In this document: positions 16,327 through 22,605 of the stretch, in pieces
How the letters are laid out: the number at the start of each line of letters is the position of its first letter
Numbering within the stretch: position 1 is the stretch's first letter
Virus record (IMG/VR): IMGVR_UViG_3300005405_000081
Location: 1-25,599 of that record
Origin: a virus
Lineage: Duplodnaviria; Caudoviricetes
DNA length: 25,599 bases
Strand: one strand, 5' to 3'
Program-made: the position numbers and the translations under genes
The notes under the pieces: generated by a model
Database searches by the model: none
The model's input: only the letters and a program-made list of their open reading frames with translations
Told to the model about the DNA's origin: nothing

Positions 16327-16583
16327 CGTTTAAACGGTAAATAAGGCTTGAATCTACTGGTATTTGGTATTTAAAAAGAGTAAAAAAGTTAATACAATAA
16401 TCAAATTAGTTACAAATAATTAAATAAGCAAAAATAGTAGTAATTTGATAAAAATCAATAAGTATCAATAAGCATTAATAAGATATTTAACCAAAAATAA
16501 ATAATTAACAACATGTAACAAAGCTCAAAAATAGCCTATTGACAACTCGTTTTATTGCAGCGAAATTTGTAAAAAAAAGGGCT

Positions 16584-17792
16584 ATGCAGTTGAATATCTC
16601 ATTAGAATTTAGAAATCCTTTCAAACGAGGTGAAAGAGCAGTACAAGAGCCACAAACTCCTCCAACTGAGGTAAAGTTTGACTCAATGACTCCTTTCCTT
16701 AACTCAGGATCTGCAATACACCCTACTGCCGCTTTAAAGTTTACTGCCGTTTTTGCCGCAATGAGGTTACGTGCTGAGAGCGTGGCTTCATTGCCAAAAA
16801 TGGTTACTGAAGTAACACCTAAAGGCCGTGTTGATGCTAAAAATCACATTGTCTATAAATTATTGAAATATAAACCTAACGGTTGGATGAATGTGTTCAA
16901 CTTTTGGGAATATCTTAATGCCTGCCTTGATGGATGGGGAAATTCATACTGTATAATTGTAAGATCAAATAATGGAAATCCTGCCGAACTTATCCCCATC
17001 CATCCTTCTTTAGTTTTTGTTGCTTTTTCTTCAGGTAGAAAGTGGTACCGGGTTTCCGGTAGTAAATATTTTGATGGAGTATACTCAGATGATGATATGC
17101 TTCACTTTTTCTCTATGTCGTTGGACGGAATAACCGGTATAAACCCAATTTCATACAATGCAGCTGCAATCAAATCTGGAATTTCTGCCACTAATTTTGG
17201 AAATGAATTTTTTGATAAGGGTGGAAACATCAAGGGCGTATTTGAAACCGATAAATTTTTGCAGTCAAAAGACTACAAAAACATAATGGATCATCTTCAA
17301 ACCTATGGGAATCATGATACTCCTATCCTAGAAGGAGGATTAAAATACAAAGCTATTGGTATAGCTCCCGAAGCTGCTCAAATGCTTGAAACAAGAACAT
17401 TTGCCTTGCAAGATATCGCCAGGATATTTAATATTCCTCCTCATTTGATCGCAGATCTTTCCAGGTCAACATTCTCAAATATAGAACATCAAGATATTCA
17501 GTTTGTGAAATATTCAATTAGGCCGGCCGTAAAGCGGTTTGAAACTGAGTTAGATAAAAAGCTTTTGTTCGATGATGAGATGGGAGTGATAGAAACCAAA
17601 TTCAACCTTGACGGCCTCCTGCGTGGAGACATGAAAACAAGAGCTGAATTTTATAATCGTGGGATTCAATCCGGATGGCTATCTCGCAATGAAGTAAGGG
17701 AAATGGAGAACCGTAATAGCATTGATGGTCTGGACGATCTGCTTTATCCTGCAAATATGAATGTTGTCGGTAAAGAAACAGTTAAAAAATAA
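16584..17792 (+). CDS. Portal protein, HK97 family
   Basis: LLKYKPN.WM, IARIFNIPPHLI, FSNIE, LLRGD, NEVR..EN; ATG16584 preferred. Confidence 0.95.
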   Translation: MQLNISLEFRNPFKRGERAVQEPQTPPTEVKFDSMTPFLNSGSAIHPTAALKFTAVFAAMRLRAESVASLPKMVTEVTPKGRVDAKNHIVYKLLKYKPNGWMNVFNFWEYLNACLDGWGNSYCIIVRSNNGNPAELIPIHPSLVFVAFSSGRKWYRVSGSKYFDGVYSDDDMLHFFSMSLDGITGINPISYNAAAIKSGISATNFGNEFFDKGGNIKGVFETDKFLQSKDYKNIMDHLQTYGNHDTPILEGGLKYKAIGIAPEAAQMLETRTFALQDIARIFNIPPHLIADLSRSTFSNIEHQDIQFVKYSIRPAVKRFETELDKKLLFDDEMGVIETKFNLDGLLRGDMKTRAEFYNRGIQSGWLSRNEVREMENRNSIDGLDDLLYPANMNVVGKETVKK

Positions 17793-17797
17793 TTTAT

Positions 17798-18457
17798 ATG
17801 GGAGTAGTAAGAGGTTTTTCTAAGGATGTAGAAAAAACAAGAACGATAGAATTTGTTTTTTCGGACGAAACAAAAGATACATACGGAACCGTTTTCAAGG
17901 CTGATGGATGGGATTTAGACAGATTTAACAAAAATGGCATTGCATTTTTTAATCATGCCTCCTATTCTTCCGATCCTAACATGGCAATTGGCTCAGGCAG
18001 GGCCTGGGTTGATGGAAAGGAATTAAGGGGCTCCATCACTTTTGAATCAAAAGATCTGAATCCGTTGGCTGAAACTGTTTTTCGCAAGTATCTGGCAGGT
18101 ACGTATAAGGGTGTTTCAATTAGGTTTTGGCCTTTGGAAAGCGGAAAATATGGAGTAGGACAGGAGGCAGCAGACGGCGCGAATCCTACATACTACATTG
18201 GAAAGCGTGAGTTGGTAGAAATTTCATGCGTGCCTATTCCATCTAACAAGAATGCCCTTATTCGCTCAATTGGAGCAGAAAGCCTGCCTGAATTAAAAGA
18301 GGGTGAAGGGTATTATACTGAAGGTTTAGTTCGGCTTATTGAAGTTGATGAAAATCGCACAGGTGAAAATGATGTGCCTAAAGATAAAGGTGATTCTAAC
18401 GATGAAGCGTATTCGCGAGCTATTGATAACGCGGTTCGCGCTTTAAATAACTATTAA
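17798..18457 (+). CDS. Prohead maturation protease (HK97-type)
   Basis: FFNH, GVSIRF, ELVEISCVPIPSN. Confidence 0.9.
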   Translation: MGVVRGFSKDVEKTRTIEFVFSDETKDTYGTVFKADGWDLDRFNKNGIAFFNHASYSSDPNMAIGSGRAWVDGKELRGSITFESKDLNPLAETVFRKYLAGTYKGVSIRFWPLESGKYGVGQEAADGANPTYYIGKRELVEISCVPIPSNKNALIRSIGAESLPELKEGEGYYTEGLVRLIEVDENRTGENDVPKDKGDSNDEAYSRAIDNAVRALNNY

Positions 18458-18476
18458 TTTACTAAATCATTACAAG

Positions 18477-19721
18477 ATGTCAAGAAAAAGAAAAGATGTT
18501 CAGCGCGAACTGGATCAGAAGCTGCAGGAAATGCGATCGCTTAAAGATCAGAAAGATAAGGATGCCGAATTTCGCGCGGCCGTTTCATCGGTTGAAACTC
18601 TCACTGAAGAGTTGAACCAAATTAACATTGAAGATGCTGCAGCAAGAGCGATGGCTGCCAGCCAGATCTCGAACGATGTAAAAGAAAAAGCAAGACAATT
18701 TTCTTTTGCAAAGTTCTTTCGTGAGCTTGGAACCCAGGAAGGCCTTACTGGTGTAGAAGCAGAGATGGCTGCTTTAGCCAAAGAAGAGGCTTCTCGTTCC
18801 GGAATAAACCTAAAGGGTGTAGGTATTCCTGCAGCGGTATTATCAGAAAATCGTGTTTTTGCAGGAATGACTGCTGGAACTCCTGCCGATGGAGGATACA
18901 CTATTGCAACTGCATTGCAATATCAAGAAGCTTTGAGAAACAAGCTTGTTTTGGTTGGCGTTGGTGCAAGAATGATCACTGGACTTGTTGGTAATATTTC
19001 CGTAACAGAAGGTGAAGCGATCTCTGTGAATTGGGAAGGTGAAAACACAACAACGGATGATGAAAAGAAATCATTTACGCAGCGTTCTTTGGCTCCAAAG
19101 CGCTGCAGTGTTAATGTTCCTATTTCAAAGCAGCTTATCAACCAATCCTCATGGGATGTTGAAAAGATGATTCTGGATGATATTTTAAATGCTCATGCAG
19201 AAGCTCTTGAAATCGCTGCTATTAACGGTAGCGGTGTTGGCCAGCCTAAGGGTATTTTGAATACAGACGGTATTGGATCTGTAGCTATTGGAGAAAACGG
19301 AGGAGCTGCCACATTCAAATCAATGGTTGATTTGGAGACAGCAATTTCTATTCGGAACGCAGACCTTGGTTCATTGGCTTATGTAACCAACAGTAAGGTA
19401 CGTGGTGCTCTTAAAACGACTCTTAAAGCTAACGGAGTTGCCGGATATATCTGGGAAAAGGACGAAGTGAACGGATACAAGGCCGTTGCGTCAAACATTG
19501 TACCGGCAAATATCGCAAAGGGTACAGGAACCAACCTTTCTGCTGCCATTTTTGGAAATTTCAACGACCTTTTGATTTGTCAATGGGGAGGCCTTGATAT
19601 CATTTCAGACCCGTTCTCATTAAAGAAGGATGGAGCAATTGAGATTACCTTGAATGCCTATCATGATGTGTTTGTTCGTAGAACTGCCAGCTTTGCTGCT
19701 ATTAAAGATATCGTTGCCTAA
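18477..19721 (+). CDS. Major capsid protein, HK97 family with N-terminal delta domain
   Basis: Coiled-coil N-terminus, GGY, ISKQLI, NGSG..QPKGIL, IFGNF. Confidence 0.95.
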   Translation: MSRKRKDVQRELDQKLQEMRSLKDQKDKDAEFRAAVSSVETLTEELNQINIEDAAARAMAASQISNDVKEKARQFSFAKFFRELGTQEGLTGVEAEMAALAKEEASRSGINLKGVGIPAAVLSENRVFAGMTAGTPADGGYTIATALQYQEALRNKLVLVGVGARMITGLVGNISVTEGEAISVNWEGENTTTDDEKKSFTQRSLAPKRCSVNVPISKQLINQSSWDVEKMILDDILNAHAEALEIAAINGSGVGQPKGILNTDGIGSVAIGENGGAATFKSMVDLETAISIRNADLGSLAYVTNSKVRGALKTTLKANGVAGYIWEKDEVNGYKAVASNIVPANIAKGTGTNLSAAIFGNFNDLLICQWGGLDIISDPFSLKKDGAIEITLNAYHDVFVRRTASFAAIKDIVA

Positions 19722-20008
19722 TGCGTGTAGAAATTACTAAATCCCGGCAAGGTCTAGGTTACTTTGCCGGTGATAAACCGGATCTTCCGGAAGAAACAGC
19801 AAAGGAATTGATTGATTCCGGTTATGCGAAATTATGTGATGAAAAAATGGAGTCTGATTTGCCAAAAGAACTTCCTGGCAGAGCTGCTCTAATTAAGGCC
19901 GGACTTTTCACGAAAGATCAGGTACTTGCTTCTAAGGAGTCTCTTGTAGATATTAAAGGAATTGGCGAAAAACTTGCCGGTGAAATTATCGAATTTTTAA
20001 CGGCTTAA
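19721..20008 (+). CDS. Capsid-associated protein with C-terminal helix-hairpin-helix motif
   Basis: Y.AGD..DLPEE.AKELIDSGYA N-domain; LVDIKGIGEKLA HhH motif. Confidence 0.75.
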   Translation: MRVEITKSRQGLGYFAGDKPDLPEETAKELIDSGYAKLCDEKMESDLPKELPGRAALIKAGLFTKDQVLASKESLVDIKGIGEKLAGEIIEFLTA

Positions 20009-20018
20009 CAGTATTTCT

Positions 20019-20327
20019 ATGGTGTCAAATAATTGCCCGGTTTCTCTTGTGGAGTTGAAGCAGCATTTAAGGATATTAAGTGATGAAATGGATGATATGT
20101 TGACTATGTCCTTATTGGCTGCTGCAGCATATGTTGAGAATTTTACGTTGATTGATTTTTCTGTTGATTATGCCGATGTTGAGATACCTTATCCTTTGAA
20201 AGCTGCAATTTTGATGACAGCCGGGCGATTGTTTGAGAACCCAACAGACTCTGTATTTAATCTTCCAACTGCAGCTCAGCATTTGGCAAATCCTTACAAA
20301 AGATGGGACAGGATAAGACAATCGTAA
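20019..20327 (+). CDS. Head-tail connector (HK97 gp6-like)
   Basis: VSL.ELKQHLRI..D..D..L..AA..YVE; PLKAAILM..LFEN. Confidence 0.88.
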   Translation: MVSNNCPVSLVELKQHLRILSDEMDDMLTMSLLAAAAYVENFTLIDFSVDYADVEIPYPLKAAILMTAGRLFENPTDSVFNLPTAAQHLANPYKRWDRIRQS

Positions 20328-20647
20328 AGGTTGGCCCCGGCCAATTTACTGATGTTATGACCTGGCTGGTCTATACGGAGGTGAAAAAACCTTCTGGGGC
20401 GATTGAAAAATCGTGGATTGATGGCAATAAGCTTTTTGCTTCTATTTTGGAAGATTCTCAAATTTCTGATGATGATAAGTATCAGGACATTAAACGTAGA
20501 AAGTTGGTATTTGTTACCTGGAATTCTACCGCTAAGGTAGGCAGTAGGGTTAAATACAACGGGCTTGTATATGTGGTTGATACTATAGTGTTGAAGAAAC
20601 GCGGCTTGTATGCCGAATATACTTGTACGACTGGAAATGGAGATTAA
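20303..20647 (+). CDS. Head closure protein (putative)
   Basis: Position; RVKYNG.VY.V beta-rich pattern. Confidence 0.65.
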   Translation: MGQDKTIVKVGPGQFTDVMTWLVYTEVKKPSGAIEKSWIDGNKLFASILEDSQISDDDKYQDIKRRKLVFVTWNSTAKVGSRVKYNGLVYVVDTIVLKKRGLYAEYTCTTGNGD

Positions 20648-21083
20648 GGTAATAGATATAGAGCGAATCAAGCATGTAGTTTCTCAGCTTGCTGATATTG
20701 ATAAAGACATGGCCGTAAGATCCGGACTTGGTGCTGCAGGGAATGTATTTAGAGCAGGAGGTATAAGGAGGCTAAAATCTAGGTTATTAGGTAGTACTGC
20801 AAAGACAAAGAAAAGAGAACCTGGCAATCTACTTAATTCAATGACAAAGCGCGTTAAAAAAAGAAAGCCAGGTGTTTTGATAGGATTTCTTTCTCCTATT
20901 GGTAATCATGCTCATTTAGTTGATATGGGTACAAAAGACCGATATACTAGAAAAGGAAAATATTCCGGTCGAATGCCTGCTAATCGCTTCTTTTCAGACA
21001 CAAAGATTCAAGACGAAGGTAAAGCATTCCAGAAGTTAAACGATGGAATACAGCGTGCTATAACAAGAATACAGAACAGATGA
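20637..21083 (+). CDS. HK97 gp10-like tail-completion/neck protein
   Basis: GNLLNS, AHLVDMGT, G.MPA..FF motifs. Confidence 0.8.
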   Translation: MEIKVIDIERIKHVVSQLADIDKDMAVRSGLGAAGNVFRAGGIRRLKSRLLGSTAKTKKREPGNLLNSMTKRVKKRKPGVLIGFLSPIGNHAHLVDMGTKDRYTRKGKYSGRMPANRFFSDTKIQDEGKAFQKLNDGIQRAITRIQNR

Positions 21084-21448
21084 ACACAAAATTTGCAGTT
21101 GGAACTACAGTAAGGAGCCGTCTACTTCAGGATCAGTCAATCGTAAGCGTTATTGACGATCGAATTTATCCTGTTGTTGTTCCAAAAGGATCTACAGGCG
21201 ATTTTATTGTATACGTCCGTGACAGCTACTCCAAGCAGCGAAACGGTATGGGAAATACAGAAGAATGCGGATTATACATAGTTTGCGGATCTAAAAGCTA
21301 TGATACTTCTGTTGAATTAGCTGAAAGAGTGAATGCTATATGTGAAGGATTTAGTACGCCCGGAATACGTAGGATGGAGCTTGCTGATTCTTCTGAGGAA
21401 TTTGAATCTGATATTTATATGCAGATACTTCTATTCAATATTATTTAA
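21080..21448 (+). CDS. Tail terminator (DUF3168-like)
   Basis: RIYPVV.P..FIVY.R; located before the tail tube gene. Confidence 0.72.
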   Translation: MNTKFAVGTTVRSRLLQDQSIVSVIDDRIYPVVVPKGSTGDFIVYVRDSYSKQRNGMGNTEECGLYIVCGSKSYDTSVELAERVNAICEGFSTPGIRRMELADSSEEFESDIYMQILLFNII

Positions 21449-21467
21449 TAATTAAACAAAAATTAAA

Positions 21468-21932
21468 ATGGCTGAAAAGTATGTTACTACTGAAGATACC
21501 ATCTTAGGTGATGAGCTATTTATGTTTGTAGACGAAGGAGGTACTAATACTCCTATTGCATTTGGTACATCATGCGCTGTAGATCTTAGCGCCGACACGA
21601 TCGATGCATCAAGCAAAATGTCTGGCCCATGGAAAGAATCACTCGTTGGCCAACTTGGCTATACTGTATCATGTGATTTTTTGACTTCTCTTAAAACTGG
21701 ACACATGTCGTTTAAGACTTTAAAAGCTAAAATGGCAGCCCGTGAGCCTATTCCATTTGTGATTTCTAAGCATACAAAAAGTGCTGAGACTGGTGAGTAT
21801 ACAGTTTCCGGTGAGGTTGTGAAAGGAAATGCAATTATCACAGCATTGTCGCTCAAGGCTGACAACGGAGCTTTGTGTACAAGTTCTATTTCCCTTCAGG
21901 GATCAGGGCCGCTTGAAGATGGGGCGGCTTAA
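21468..21932 (+). CDS. Major tail (tube) protein
   Basis: TIDASSK..G.W.ESL.G, G.AIITALS, SISLQGSGPL. Confidence 0.88.
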   Translation: MAEKYVTTEDTILGDELFMFVDEGGTNTPIAFGTSCAVDLSADTIDASSKMSGPWKESLVGQLGYTVSCDFLTSLKTGHMSFKTLKAKMAAREPIPFVISKHTKSAETGEYTVSGEVVKGNAIITALSLKADNGALCTSSISLQGSGPLEDGAA

Positions 21933-21949
21933 TAATTAATAAACAACCA

Positions 21950-21976
21950 TATCCCGGGGAGAATTTCTCCGGGATA
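21950..21976 (+). other. Hairpin after the tail tube gene (mRNA stabiliser or weak terminator)
   Basis: TATCCCGGGGAG-aat-TTCTCCGGGATA with two G-U pairs and no U-tract. Confidence 0.6.
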
Positions 21977-21989
21977 AAATTTACCCACC

Positions 21990-22604
21990 ATGAAGATAAA
22001 TGCAAATCTCAATATACTTTCAATAATCCGGTACGAACAACTTACAGGAAAAGCATTTCAGGAAATTGATTATCAAAATGAAAATGAGATAAAAGATTTG
22101 TTGTATGCTACTGTTGTGGCATCAAATGATGAGATTGTTTCGCGTACAGATTTTGATATGTTGTGTGAAAATAGCAAGGTGTTTTCCGAAATGGTGAGTA
22201 AAATAAAAAAGCATGCAGAAGTTGTAAGTGGTTTTTCAAATATATCCAGCGAATCCGGGGAAAATATAGAATCAAATCAAAAAAGAATTTATGTGACAGA
22301 TGTGGTATCTACATTGATTATGTCCGGATTGGATGCAAATTTTGTGTACAAGATGTGGATATGTGATTTGCCGCAATTTATTAAGGCCTATGAAAATATT
22401 GAAAGGCAAAAGATGGAAGCTCAAAGGTTGTGGACGTATTATTCTATACTCCCTCATATCAATGGCAAAAAAATTAAGACACCGGCTGATATGTACCCAT
22501 TCCCATGGGAAATAGAAGATATAGAGAGAAAAACAAAAGAACGGCAAGAAAAAGACGAAGAGATATTCTACAAGTTTATGAACGGTGAAATAAAATTCAA
22601 TTAA
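21990..22604 (+). CDS. Tail assembly chaperone (single ORF)
   Basis: Lies between the tail tube and tape measure genes; two-domain organisation ending in FPWE. Confidence 0.7.
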   Translation: MKINANLNILSIIRYEQLTGKAFQEIDYQNENEIKDLLYATVVASNDEIVSRTDFDMLCENSKVFSEMVSKIKKHAEVVSGFSNISSESGENIESNQKRIYVTDVVSTLIMSGLDANFVYKMWICDLPQFIKAYENIERQKMEAQRLWTYYSILPHINGKKIKTPADMYPFPWEIEDIERKTKERQEKDEEIFYKFMNGEIKFN

Positions 22605-22605
22605 T

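Noticed and set aside
1105-16340. Palindrome copies as a CRISPR array, integron attC set or shufflon
   Set aside because: Spacing is irregular and kilobase-scale, there are no spacers, and all intervening lytic genes are co-oriented with no sign of inversion in this assembly.
22256-22264. GGGGAAAA as a -1 slippery site in the tail chaperone
   Set aside because: It is read GGG GAA AAT, not in the X XXY YYZ register.
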